Below are positions 29,056-40,606 of a stretch of DNA of 64,000 bases, piece by piece; the stretch's first letter is position 1, and every line of letters starts with the position of its first letter. The notes beneath the pieces were generated by a model. It ran no database searches. It worked only from the letters and a program-made list of their open reading frames with translations, and was not told the DNA's origin. This DNA comes from an uncultured Actinomycetes bacterium. GTDB taxonomy: Bacteria; Actinomycetota; UBA4738; HRBIN12. The position numbers were made by a program, and so were the translations under genes. The stretch is from assembly GCA_963785835.1 (NCBI GenBank), contig CAWAWO010000002.1, positions 533,034-597,033 on the forward strand, given 5' to 3'.

Positions 29056-29994
29056 CTAACTGGAGATCGCGGCCAGATCGCCGTTCGCGCCGCAGACCAG
29101 CACGACGACGTGCTCGTCGGGCTCCGAGGCGTAGGCGCCTGATAGCAACGCGGCGAACGCGGCCGCGCCTCCAGGCTCGGCGAACACCCGGGCCGCGTTC
29201 CACAGGGCGCGTTGCGCGTCCCGGATCGCGTCGTCGGAGACCAGGACCACGCGCTCGACGAACTTCGAGACGATCGCGAACGCGATCTCGCCCGCTCGTT
29301 TCGTGCCGAGCGAGTCGGAGGCGTAGCCGCTCACGGGAACGTCGACCGGCTCACCGGCCTCGAGCGCCGACGTCATGCACGTGCTCGTCTCGGGCTCGAT
29401 GCCGATGACGCGCGTCCCGCCCTCGTACGAGGCCGCGATGCCGCCGATCAGCCCGCCGCCGCCGATCGCGACGAGGACGGTGTCGGCGCCGGGGACCTGC
29501 TCGGCGAGCTCGAGCCCGATCGTCCCCTGGCCCGCGACGACCTCGGGCTGATCGTACGCGTGCATCTCGAGCGCCCCGGTCTCGGCCGCCCGGCCGCGGC
29601 TCGCCTCGAGCGCTTCGTCGTAGTAGCCCTCGGCGATCGAGACCTCGGCGCCCATCGAACGGATCCGTTCGGCTTTGACCGTGGGTGAGCTCGACGGCAC
29701 GAAGATCTCGGCGCGGTGCCCGAGGGTGTGGGCAGCGTACGCGACCGCGAGCCCGAAGTTCCCGCCCGATGCCGCGATCACGCCGGCGTCCGGCACCGTG
29801 GAGGAGAGCATCTTGTTGAACGCGCCCCGCGGCTTGAACGATCCGGTGTGCTGGGTGAGCTCCAGCTTCAATGTGATTCGACACGGCAGGCCGAACGCTC
29901 CGGGCTCGAGCTCGAGCACGGGGGTTCGGCGCACGTGCTCCAGGATCCTGCTGTGGGCTGCGCGGACGTCGTCCGGACCGACGATCATCGTCAC
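29056..29994 (-). CDS. PLP-dependent serine/threonine dehydratase-family enzyme (fold type II)
   Basis: 312 aa with the PLP-lysine motif HTGSFKPRGAFNK, glycine-rich VAIGGGGLIGGIA and the tryptophan-synthase-beta-like fold. Confidence 0.8.
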   Translation of the reverse strand: MTMIVGPDDVRAAHSRILEHVRRTPVLELEPGAFGLPCRITLKLELTQHTGSFKPRGAFNKMLSSTVPDAGVIAASGGNFGLAVAYAAHTLGHRAEIFVPSSSPTVKAERIRSMGAEVSIAEGYYDEALEASRGRAAETGALEMHAYDQPEVVAGQGTIGLELAEQVPGADTVLVAIGGGGLIGGIAASYEGGTRVIGIEPETSTCMTSALEAGEPVDVPVSGYASDSLGTKRAGEIAFAIVSKFVERVVLVSDDAIRDAQRALWNAARVFAEPGGAAAFAALLSGAYASEPDEHVVVLVCGANGDLAAISS

Positions 29995-30004
29995 GGAGCG
30001 GCGC

Positions 30005-30223
30005 TCACACCCGATCCGTCAGTCCGAGCGCGATCAACCCCACGACGATGTCACCGACGAACCATGCGACGAAGATCCATGGCTCCGCCGGGAGCCCGCC
30101 CGCGAGGACCAGCGCGATCGCCACCACGTTGAAGAGGACGAGGATCGTCACGGCAACCGTGAGCCGGCTCGGTTGGAGCGTGTGACCTGCCGATCGTGGC
30201 ACCCTACCGACCTCCGGCATCAT
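30005..30223 (-). CDS. Small two-TM membrane protein (72 aa), hypothetical
   Basis: High GC3 in frame with two hydrophobic helices (VAVTILVLFNVVAIALVLAGG and WIFVAWFVGDIVVGLIALGL). The start is only about 15 nt from the predicted hpaE start on the opposite strand. Confidence 0.5.
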   Translation of the reverse strand: MMPEVGRVPRSAGHTLQPSRLTVAVTILVLFNVVAIALVLAGGLPAEPWIFVAWFVGDIVVGLIALGLTDRV

Positions 30224-30237
30224 GGTAGCGCCCTCAG

Positions 30238-31774
30238 GTGTTTGACACTGCGAGCGGCGCGGCCATACGTTCGGGACCGAACCATCCCTGCCGAAGGAGA
30301 TCGTCCACGGGCACGAACGCGATCGTCGAGGGCGTCGAGATCTCGGCCGATCATTGGATCGGCGGCGAGCGCGTCGGCTCCACCGAGGTGTTCGAGGACG
30401 TCTCGCCGATCGACGAGCAGGTGATCGCCGAGGTCGCCCGCGGCGGTGCCGCCGAGGCCGACCGAGCCGTCGAAGCGGCCCGGGCGGCGTTCGATACCTG
30501 GGGCCGAACCTCGCCCGCCGATCGCGCCAAGGTCCTGCACCGCGTCGCCGAGCTGGTCGAGGAGCGCGTGCCGGAGCTCGCGCCGGTCGAGACCCGGGAC
30601 AACGGCTCGCTCCTGCGCTCGCATCTGAACTCGGTCATGCCACGCGTGGCGCGGAACTTCCGCTTCTTCGCCGACCAGCTCACCGAGCTCGGCGACGAGG
30701 CGTTCGAGATGAACGAGTTCGTGAGCCGCACCGAATGGGATCCCTCGGGCGTGACGGTCGTGATCACGCCCTGGAACGCGCCCCTGATGCTCGCGACGTG
30801 GCGGATCGCACCGGCGCTCGCCTCCGGCAACAGCGTCGTCGCCAAGCCGCCCGAGTGGGCGCCGCTCACGGCCTCGCTCCTCGCCGAGATCACGCGCGAA
30901 GCCGGCCTGCCGGACGGCGCGTTCAACGTCGTGCAGGGGATCGGCGAAGAGGCGGGCGCCGCGCTCACGGCTCATCCCGGCGTCGACCGGATCGCGTTCA
31001 CCGGCTCGATCGAGACCGGGAAGCTCGTCGCGCAGGCCGCGGCCGCGAACCTCACGCCGGTGTCCCTCGAGCTCGGAGGGAAGTCGCCGTTCGTCGCGTT
31101 CGCCGACGCCGACCTGGATGCGGTCGTGAAGCAGGCCGTGAACCAGTTCGACAACGCCGGGCAGGTGTGTCTGGCGGGGACGCGGCTGATCGTCGAGCGC
31201 TCGATGCACGAGGCGTTCCTCGAGCGGTTCCTGGAGGCCGCCGGCGCGATCCGTCAGGGCGACCCCCGCGAGGAGAGCCACCGACATAGGCCCGCAGATC
31301 ACGCGCGAGCACTTCGAACGCGTGGACGGGTTCGTGCAGCGCGCGAAGGCCGACGGCGCGACGGTGCTGCTCGGCGGCGGGGCGAACGAGGAGCTCGGCG
31401 GCCTGTACTACCGGCCGACGCTGTTCGGCGACGTGCCCGAGGGCGCCGAGGTGCTCCGCAAGGAGGTGTTCGGTCCGGTCCTCACGCTCCAGACGTTCGA
31501 GACCGAGGACGAGGCGATCGCCCTCGCGAACGAGACCGACTACGGTCTCGCCGCGATCCTGTACACGGGCGACCGCGAGCGCGCCGAGCGCGTCTCCGAG
31601 CGCCTGGTCGCCGGCACGGTCTGGGTGAACTGCTTCTTCGTGCGCGACCTGCGTGCGCCGTTCGGCGGCGCGAAGTCCTCGGGCGTCGGGCGCGAGGGCG
31701 GCGTCTACAGCTTCGACTTCTACGCGGACGTGAAGAACGTCTGCACGGCCCCCTGGGAGGTACTGGATGGGTGA
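30238..31774 (+). CDS. hpaE: 5-carboxymethyl-2-hydroxymuconate semialdehyde dehydrogenase (HpaE-like NAD+ aldehyde dehydrogenase), with a frame switch near 31278-31283
   Basis: ALDH fold collinear with E. coli HpaE from HWIGGERV onward (…VITPWNAPLMLATWRIAPALASGN…, …ELGGKSPFVAF…, …EVFGPV…, …FVRDLRAPFGGAKSSGVGREGG…). After ...GDPREES the protein continues in the +1 frame (TDIGPQITREHFERVDGFVQ..., ORF 31322..31774). The true start is uncertain: there are no in-frame ATG/GTG/TTG codons between the AAGGAGA at about 30294 and HWIGG. Confidence 0.8.
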
Positions 31775-32651
31775 GATCGTCGGCGCGGCCCTCGTGGCGC
31801 ACGTCCCCACGATCATGTTGCCGGAGGAGGTGCGCCTGGAGATCAACGAGGGCAAGGAGATCACCCTCGTCCCGGGCCTACACCGGATCAAGAGCGAGTG
31901 CCTGGACCGGCTGAAGCCGGACGCGGTGATCGTGTTCGACACGCACTGGGAGTCCACGTTCGAGCACATCGTGACCGCGCACGACCGCCGGCAGGGGAAG
32001 TTCACGAGCCACGAGCTCCCGCGAGGGATGAAGCAGATCCCGTACGACATGCCGGGCGATCCCGAGCTCGCGAAGCTGATCGAGGCGCAGGCGGAGGGCC
32101 GGGACGACTGCTGGATCCTGGCGAACGACGACCCGTACCTGCCGCTGTTCTACGGCACGGTCAACATCTGGACGTTCCTCGGCGATCCGGACACGGCATG
32201 GCTCTCCGTCGCGCTGAACCAGTGCTGCGACACGAACGACTTCCTGCTGTTCGGCGAGCTGATCGGCAAGGCGATCGAGGAGAGCGACCGGCGCGTCGTG
32301 CTCCTCGCGTCGGGCGGGATGACCCACCGGTTCTTCAACTTCAAGGACCTCCGGCAGCGCGAGAGCCAGCGAGCGCCCGACAACATCTACGACATCAAGT
32401 ACTACGAGGCCGACCAGAAGGTGCTCGGACTGTTCGAGAAGGGCGACCACGCCGGCGTCATCGACGGGATGCCCGAGTATCGCAAGGCGTACCCGGAGGG
32501 GCACTTCGGGCACTACCTGATGATGGCGGGGGCGCTGGGCGGCACGTCGTGGACGGCGCCGGGGGAACGGTTCAGCGAGTACGAGGCGTCGGTCGGGACG
32601 GGCCAGGTCCACGTGTGGTTCGAACGTCCGGAGGGCGGCTGGGCCGCCTAG
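31767..32651 (+). CDS. hpaD: 3,4-dihydroxyphenylacetate (homoprotocatechuate) 2,3-dioxygenase, LigB-type class III extradiol dioxygenase
   Basis: 294 aa collinear with E. coli HpaD/HpcB: …[12 protein letters not shown]…, …TSHELP…, …GDPELAKLI…, …[10 protein letters not shown]…, …GMPEY…, …ASVGTGQV…. The start overlaps the hpaE stop by 8 nt. Confidence 0.85.
   Translation: MGEIVGAALVAHVPTIMLPEEVRLEINEGKEITLVPGLHRIKSECLDRLKPDAVIVFDTHWESTFEHIVTAHDRRQGKFTSHELPRGMKQIPYDMPGDPELAKLIEAQAEGRDDCWILANDDPYLPLFYGTVNIWTFLGDPDTAWLSVALNQCCDTNDFLLFGELIGKAIEESDRRVVLLASGGMTHRFFNFKDLRQRESQRAPDNIYDIKYYEADQKVLGLFEKGDHAGVIDGMPEYRKAYPEGHFGHYLMMAGALGGTSWTAPGERFSEYEASVGTGQVHVWFERPEGGWAA
32543..32651 (+). repeat. Direct repeat copy 1 (109 bp), the last 109 nt of hpaD including its stop
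   Basis: It matches 35673..35783 at about 92% identity with two 1-nt indels, as shown by the shared strings cacgtcgtggacggcgccggggg and ggttcgaacgtccggagggcggctgggccgc. Confidence 0.75.
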
Positions 32652-32691
32652 GACGAGTCTCCTAGGTCGGGGAGCAAGGAGGTGCTTCGCG

Positions 32692-33171
32692 ATGGCTGAG
32701 AAGAAGCAGTGCGAAGAAGGACACGCGGAAGTCCGCCAAGCGCACCGGCGCGAGCGGCAAGTTCACGGCAGAGGAACGAGCCGCCATGAAGGCGCGTGCC
32801 CAGGAACTGAAGGCGGAGGAGCGAGCGAACAAGAACAGGGCGGAGGGGGAACGCGACGTGCTCGCGGCGATCGCCGCATGAAGGGATCGGATCGCGCCAT
32901 GGCCAAGCGGCTCCATGAGATCATCACGGCCAGCGCGCCGGCTCTGTGGCCGAAGACCTGGTACGGGATGCCCGCGTATGCCAAGGACGGCAAGGTCGTC
33001 TGCTTCTTCAAGGCCGCGGGGAAGTTCGACTCGAGGTACGCGACGTTCGGCTTCGAAGATGCGGCGAACCTCGACGAAGGCGCCATGTGGTCGACCTCCT
33101 TCGCGCTGAAGGAGTTGACCGCCGCCGATGAGAAGAAGATCGGCGCGCTCGTGAAGAAGGCGGCGCGCTGA
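32692..33171 (+). pseudogene. DUF1801 (YdhG-like) domain protein with a Lys-rich N-terminal tail, interrupted by two frame shifts (about 32708 and about 32878)
   Basis: GGAGCAAGGAGG RBS. MAEKKQ is in frame A, then [56 protein letters not shown] is in frame B, then back to frame A for [44 protein letters not shown]...ALVKKAAR. Confidence 0.5.
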
Positions 33172-33213
33172 CGAGCGAATCGTCACCGCGCTCGGAGGGG
33201 TAGAGGTTCTCCG

Positions 33214-35601
<2,388 letters not shown>

Positions 35602-35672
35602 CCGAGCCTAGCTCCGGGCCACCTCCGAGAGTCGGCCGATACCGGGAGCGAGATCAGGCCCCGCGAGAGCCT

Positions 35673-35783
35673 CACGTCGTGGACGGCGCCGGGGGGAGCG
35701 GTTCAGCGAGTACGAGGCTTCGATCGGGACGGGCCCAGGTCCACGTCTGGTTCGAACGTCCGGAGGGCGGCTGGGCCGCTTAA
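35673..35783 (+). repeat. Direct repeat copy 2 (111 bp), a degenerate frame-broken fragment of the hpaD 3' end
   Basis: It translates to SWTAPGG..RVRGFDRDGP.. in the cognate frame, but the repaired reading is [36 protein letters not shown]. It lies immediately downstream of the UvrA-like pseudogene. Confidence 0.7.
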
Positions 35784-36117
35784 CATTCACGCTCCGACTG
35801 GGCGCTCACCATCCTTCGGTTTTGCAGTGGGTGTGCGGCAACCCGGTCGAGGAATGGGCGCCGTGACCACGGGCCGCGGGTCGAACTGCCCTCGATAGAG
35901 GCGTGGGGGTTCTGAAGCTCTACGGGTGACATAGGCGGGGTCGCAGTCGGACTTCGAGTACGGCACTCTGTCAGGCCGCAGCCTGAATTCGTTTCCCGGA
36001 GCCGTCGTCATGGCAGCGAACCCGGTCAGCCCGTTCCACTGCAAACTCCCGTTAGCCTTGCTGGGGTCGTCCCGTTCCTTCGTCGATCCGTCGCTGGATC
36101 CGCCTGCAGCCAGTAAC

Positions 36118-36804
36118 CTAGGGTGCGGCCTGAAACACGACTAGGTTCGAGAAATCTTCTCCGTCGATTTGAAGTCCGTAACAGCCGGCACCCTTGAACA
36201 GAATCGCGGTGGGGAACTCACGCCAACCCGTTTGTGTCGTGCTTCCAACATCCAGGCGAAGTTCTTCTCCGATCTCCACACCCTTCGCTGTCTCCGTGTC
36301 GCTCCCTAGGGATCCAAACCCCTCGACCGAGAATCGGATATCACCGGTTCCATCGATCTGGCGCCCACGAACCAGCGCAGATCCGTCGTACGAGGGGGAG
36401 ATGACCCACAGCGTCTTTATCCCATCCCACGGCCCTAGGCGCCCGAAGTGGCTGAAGTGAGCTGACCCTTGTCCGTCATATGCCTGGGTGCCGATCCCGA
36501 GCGTCACCAGACCTGGATAGACGGGTCCAGAACCGAGGAACGGCCCGCTGGCATGACCGGTATCGATGAAGGTGGCGGTCGTGTTCGGGCATGCGCGGCG
36601 CTCGCCCACCGACGGCAGGGTCATCGGCCGACGAAGGCGTTCCCACGGATCGCCGGCTTGAGTTGTTGGTTCACCGGCTTGAGTTGTTGGTTCAGTGGTG
36701 CCTGTATGCGATGCGGTGCAAGAAGCGACCGTAACCGCAGCCATCAGGGCTGCGGCCCCCTGGAGAAATCTCCGCCGATCCAGGGGTATTCGCGAAGTGT
36801 TCAA
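36118..36804 (-). CDS. Tat-signal lipoprotein with a TTQAGEP tandem repeat, function unknown
   Basis: TTG start preceded by GGAGAAGG. N-terminal RIPLDRRRFLQGAAALMAAVTVASC gives a twin-arginine motif plus lipobox. It sits in a lower-GC stretch, and only the 3' 687 nt of the 410-aa ORF 36118..37350 is credible. Confidence 0.6.
   Translation of the reverse strand: MNTSRIPLDRRRFLQGAAALMAAVTVASCTASHTGTTEPTTQAGEPTTQAGDPWERLRRPMTLPSVGERRACPNTTATFIDTGHASGPFLGSGPVYPGLVTLGIGTQAYDGQGSAHFSHFGRLGPWDGIKTLWVISPSYDGSALVRGRQIDGTGDIRFSVEGFGSLGSDTETAKGVEIGEELRLDVGSTTQTGWREFPTAILFKGAGCYGLQIDGEDFSNLVVFQAAP
36653..36694. repeat. Perfect 21-bp tandem duplication (ccggcttgagttgttggttca, two copies)
   Basis: Seen directly. 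It encodes an in-frame 7-aa repeat (EPTTQAG) in the lipoprotein linker. Confidence 0.85.
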
Positions 36805-36845
36805 TCGCCTTCTCCACCCCTCATCGCGAGTAGCAACCGACCCTT

Positions 36846-38452
36846 CTATCCATGAGGCGAAGCCTTCCACCACGCGTCGATCCCGAGATCCTCGGCGATC
36901 ACCGTCGCCGCGTTGTAGCCGCACGCGCCGCCGATCGAGCCGCCGGGGTGGGTCGAGGCCCCGCACAGGTAGACGTTCGAGAAGCCGGTGCGGTACGGCG
37001 GGTACTCGTGGAACGGCCGGAACACGCCGAGCTGGTCCTGGCTCATCTCGCCGTGGTTCCAGTCGCCGTGGCGCATCGACGGCATCACGCGCTCGATGTC
37101 GATCGGGCTCGAGATGTACCGGCCGACGACCGCCTCGGGCTCCAGACCGCTCTCGAGGTACGGGCGCCAGCGGTCGAGCACTACCGCCGCGTACTCCTCC
37201 TTCAGGCCCTCCCACGCCTGCGGCCCGCCGTCGCGGAGCTCGTACGGCGCGATCTGCTCGCAGAAGGTCGCCTCCTTGCCCGGCGGGCAGAGCGACGGGT
37301 CGAACACCGACGGGATGCACGGTGAACAGCCCGGGCTGACGCGGCGGCACGCCCGAGGCGGCAGTCGCTCGCGTTGTCGTCGAGCACGTCGAGCGACTCG
37401 CAGATCGACACGGCGAAGCACCGCTGGACGGCAGGCTCGAACTCGGCCGCCTTCCACCGCACCGGCGCGTCGAGCGCGAGGTAGACGCAGAACATCGACA
37501 TCACGTCGTACCGCCACCGCCGGCACGCCTGGAGCATCGTCTCGTCGAGCGCGTCCTCGCCGACGAGCTCGAGGAACGTGTGCTTCGGGTCGAGGTTCGA
37601 GATCAGGGTGCCCTCGACCGGGATCCGCGTGCCGTCCTCGAGCACGACCGCGCGGGCGCCGTCGCCGTCCACCTCGATCCGCTCGACCGGTGCGTCGAGC
37701 CGGATCTCACCCCCGTGGTCCTGCAGGAACGACGCGATCGCCTGAGCGAGGCGGTTCGAGCCGCCCTCGCAGACCGCCCAGCCGTACGGCTCCATCGAGC
37801 CGGCGACCATCACCGGGTAGTTCGCGCCGAGGCCGAACACATCGCCTGTCCCGGCGAGCTGCGCCACCCAGAAGCCGACCCACGTCTGGACCTCCGGCGA
37901 CTCGAACAGCTCGCGCGCCACGTGGTTCGGCGCGGTGAGGAACTGCCGGATCAGCCCGAGCCCGTCGGTCGAGCCTTCGAGCGGCGCGAGGTCGCCCGAC
38001 GGCGGACCCGGCGGCGCGAACATCGCCGGGATGAACCCGTCCCTGAGCACATCGAGGTACACCTGCGCGACCTCGCGGAACGTGTCGGCGTCGCGTTTCG
38101 AGAAGCGGGCGATCCGTTCGACCGTCGTGTCGAGGTCGCGCGAGCACACGAGCGCCCGGCCGTCCGGGAAGACGTGGCCGAACTGGTTCTCGGGCCAGAC
38201 GTAGGTGGCGCCGTACCGTTCGAGCTCGAGATCGCGGTAGACCGGGCCCATGTGGATGATCCCGTGGAAGTTCGAATGGAAGTTGTGCCGGAACCCCGGC
38301 GCCGCGACCTCCTTCGTGGCGCAGCCGCCGCCGGCCACGTCTCGGGCCTCGAGGACCAGTACGCGCTGGCCCGCCTTCGCGAGGTACGAGCCGCACGCGA
38401 GCCCGTTGTGTCCGCCGCCGACGATGACGACGTCGTAGCCGCGTTCAGCCAT
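36846..38452 (-). CDS. FAD-dependent oxidoreductase, CrtI/amine-oxidase superfamily (paralog of 18839..20461), with a frame switch near 37350-37370
   Basis: N-terminal YDVVIVGGGHNGLACGSYLAKAG. The C-terminal third continues in ORF 36846..37526 (…PSVFDPSLCPPGKEATFCEQIAPYE…GASTHPGGSIGGACGYNAATVIAEDLG…) and is collinear with the paralog. Confidence 0.7.
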
Positions 38453-39680
38453 CCACGCCGTCCGACCCGTCGCCCCCGTCGTCGGCCCACAGCTCGCGAG
38501 CCTCCTTCCAAGCCTGCTCGGGCGACAGGTCGGGATCCATCGGGAAGTACTTCGCGCCCTCGAACGCGTTGGCCGGCCGCGTGTAGGTGCCCCGCTTGAT
38601 CAGCCGCTGGATGTTCCGGCGGTAGAAGACGTCGACCTCCTCGTGGGAGAACGGGTCCTGCTGCATCCAGAGGTTCTTCGGGTGGATCGGCTGCTCGTAC
38701 ATCCGCCGGAACACCTCGGTCCGAAGGTCCTTCATCCAGTTGGAGTTCAGGTTCATCACGCGGAACTGCCGGAGCGCCTCGATGTCGACGATCCCGCTCA
38801 CGAACGTGTTGTAGCCGGAGGGGGAGTACGACAGGACGTTGCCCATGTAGTCCACGATGTGGGACTGCCCGCCCGCGATGTCCATCGGGTGCCGCATCTT
38901 CGGGTGCAGGTACACGGGGCCGACGTTCGGGGCCACGATGTACACGTTGTTGAAGTGCGCATGGGCGCGGTTCTGAAGCATCCACGTCCCGCCGCCCGGA
39001 TAGCCGACGTTCGTCATCGGGACGGCCTCGCTCGGCCGGTAGACGATCTCGGCGCCGTTGAACGCGAGCGCGCGGAACGCCTCGGGGTACTCGCCGTCCG
39101 AGCAGCAGATCGTGCCGAGGTTGCCGATGTCGTCGGTGCGAAGGACCGGGTAGAACGCGTCGATCCCGTCGCCGAACAGCTCGACCCACCGGTCGTAGAC
39201 GTCGTGCGGCGTGCACGAGCGCTCGCGGCACCAGAGATGGTTCTTCGCGGCCTTGTGGACGACCTCGCCGGCCGGCGAGATCACGAACAGCGTGTTGAAG
39301 TACCGGTCGTCCATCACCTCGGGCCAGCGCGCCTTCGACTGGACGATGAGATAGGTCTCGTACATCTGCGCGAGCTTGCCGAGCCGTTCGGACTCCTCGC
39401 CGGGCACGTCGATGAACAGGTCCCGCGCGGCGGTGACGTGCGGGACGTCGAACGCCTCGTCGGTGAACCCGGTCAGCGCGCCCTCCGCCAGCGCGATGAG
39501 CTTGACCGGCATGTTGATCGAGATGATGCCCATCGCAGCGTGGACCGCGTCCTCGATCGTGTCGAGGTTCTGCGCGATGTCCTTGCGCTCGCCGACGCCG
39601 TGCACCACCGTCGAGATCCCGACGGCCAGGTAGGGCGCGACCGGCGTCCGATCCTTGCGGTGCTCCTGTGGGGCGTTCAT
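38445..39680 (-). CDS. Carbon-nitrogen hydrolase family protein (nitrilase/amidase superfamily)
   Basis: Start is MNAPQEHRK.... It has a CN-hydrolase fold with conserved Glu, Lys and Cys context (…LIALAEGALTG…, …IVQSKARWPEV…, …GTICCSDGEYPE…). It overlaps the downstream FAD oxidoreductase start by 8 nt. Confidence 0.8.
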   Translation of the reverse strand: MNAPQEHRKDRTPVAPYLAVGISTVVHGVGERKDIAQNLDTIEDAVHAAMGIISINMPVKLIALAEGALTGFTDEAFDVPHVTAARDLFIDVPGEESERLGKLAQMYETYLIVQSKARWPEVMDDRYFNTLFVISPAGEVVHKAAKNHLWCRERSCTPHDVYDRWVELFGDGIDAFYPVLRTDDIGNLGTICCSDGEYPEAFRALAFNGAEIVYRPSEAVPMTNVGYPGGGTWMLQNRAHAHFNNVYIVAPNVGPVYLHPKMRHPMDIAGGQSHIVDYMGNVLSYSPSGYNTFVSGIVDIEALRQFRVMNLNSNWMKDLRTEVFRRMYEQPIHPKNLWMQQDPFSHEEVDVFYRRNIQRLIKRGTYTRPANAFEGAKYFPMDPDLSPEQAWKEARELWADDGGDGSDGVDG

Positions 39681-39747
39681 CCGCCGACCTCCGGATCCTC
39701 GTGTGCGGCCCATCCTCCCATCGGGGCGCCGGAAGGGTCCACGCGGA

Positions 39748-40503
39748 TCAGTGCATGCGGTGGCCGCCGTCGACGTTGATCGTCTGACCGGTGATGAACC
39801 CTGCGGCGGGGCTCGCGAGGTACGCGATGGTCTCGGCGACGTCCTCGGGCTGGCCCCGGCGCTTGATCGCCTGGTCCGCGCCGATCTCCTCGAACAGCTC
39901 GCCCTCCGGGTCTTCCTCCTCCGTTCCTTCGGTCTCGATCATGCCCGGCGTGATCGCGTTCACGGTGATGCCGTGCGGACCGGCCTCGGCGGCGAGCGAG
40001 CGCGTGAAGCCGATGATCCCGCCCTTGCTCGAGAGGTACGGCGTGAGCTCCGGGTAGCCGATCAGGAACGCCGCCGTCGAGATGTTCACGATCCGGCCGT
40101 AGCCGCGCTCCAGCAGGTGGGGGTAGACCGCGCTCGTCACGAGAAACACGCTGTCGAGGTTCGTGGACAGGACCCGCCGCCACACCTCGAACGTGAGCTC
40201 TTCGAACGGGGTGTGCGGGTAGATCCCTGCGTTGTTCACGAGCACGTCGATCCTGCCGTGCGCCTCGAGGACCGTCCGAACCGCGGCGCCGATGCCGGCC
40301 TCGTCGGTGACGTCGACCGCGTGCGGCTCGGCGGCGAGGCCCTCCCCTGCGATCGCGGCGACGGCGGCCGCCGCGGCGGGACCGTCCTTGTCGAACAGCG
40401 CCACCCGGGCGCCGTCCCGGGCGAGGCGGTGGGCCGCCGCGCGGCCGATCCCGCGCGCGGCGCCTGTCACGATCGCGACCTGGCCTTCGAGTGACGGGGG
40501 CAC
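39748..40503 (-). CDS. SDR-family oxidoreductase
   Basis: 251 aa with VAIVTGAARGIGRAAA (TGxxxGxG), NNAG and catalytic YxxxK (YLSSK). Confidence 0.85.
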   Translation of the reverse strand: MPPSLEGQVAIVTGAARGIGRAAAHRLARDGARVALFDKDGPAAAAAVAAIAGEGLAAEPHAVDVTDEAGIGAAVRTVLEAHGRIDVLVNNAGIYPHTPFEELTFEVWRRVLSTNLDSVFLVTSAVYPHLLERGYGRIVNISTAAFLIGYPELTPYLSSKGGIIGFTRSLAAEAGPHGITVNAITPGMIETEGTEEEDPEGELFEEIGADQAIKRRGQPEDVAETIAYLASPAAGFITGQTINVDGGHRMH

Positions 40504-40606
40504 GGCGCGATGCTAGTGCAGGCCGCGAACGTCGGTCGCGGCCGATTTCCCTCGTCCGGCGGTTCCGGGGTAGCGTTCGGGAATCCGGACTGGAGGAGGG
40601 CTGGTC

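Noticed and set aside
35673-35783. Second hpaD-like gene copy
   Set aside because: Only the terminal about 110 nt is present and it is frame-broken relative to the HpaD reading. It is treated as a repeat/att remnant, not a gene.
35787-36044. 85-aa minus-strand ORF in the low-GC gap after repeat copy 2
   Set aside because: It has no motif, an odd composition and a poor coding-frame signal. The region is more likely non-coding (a possible ncRNA or att remnant).
36118-37350. Full 410-aa extent of the minus-strand ORF
   Set aside because: The upstream two-thirds overlaps the C-terminal part of the CrtI-like oxidoreductase in another frame. Only the 3' 687 nt (TTG start at 36804) has a signal peptide and a sensible product.
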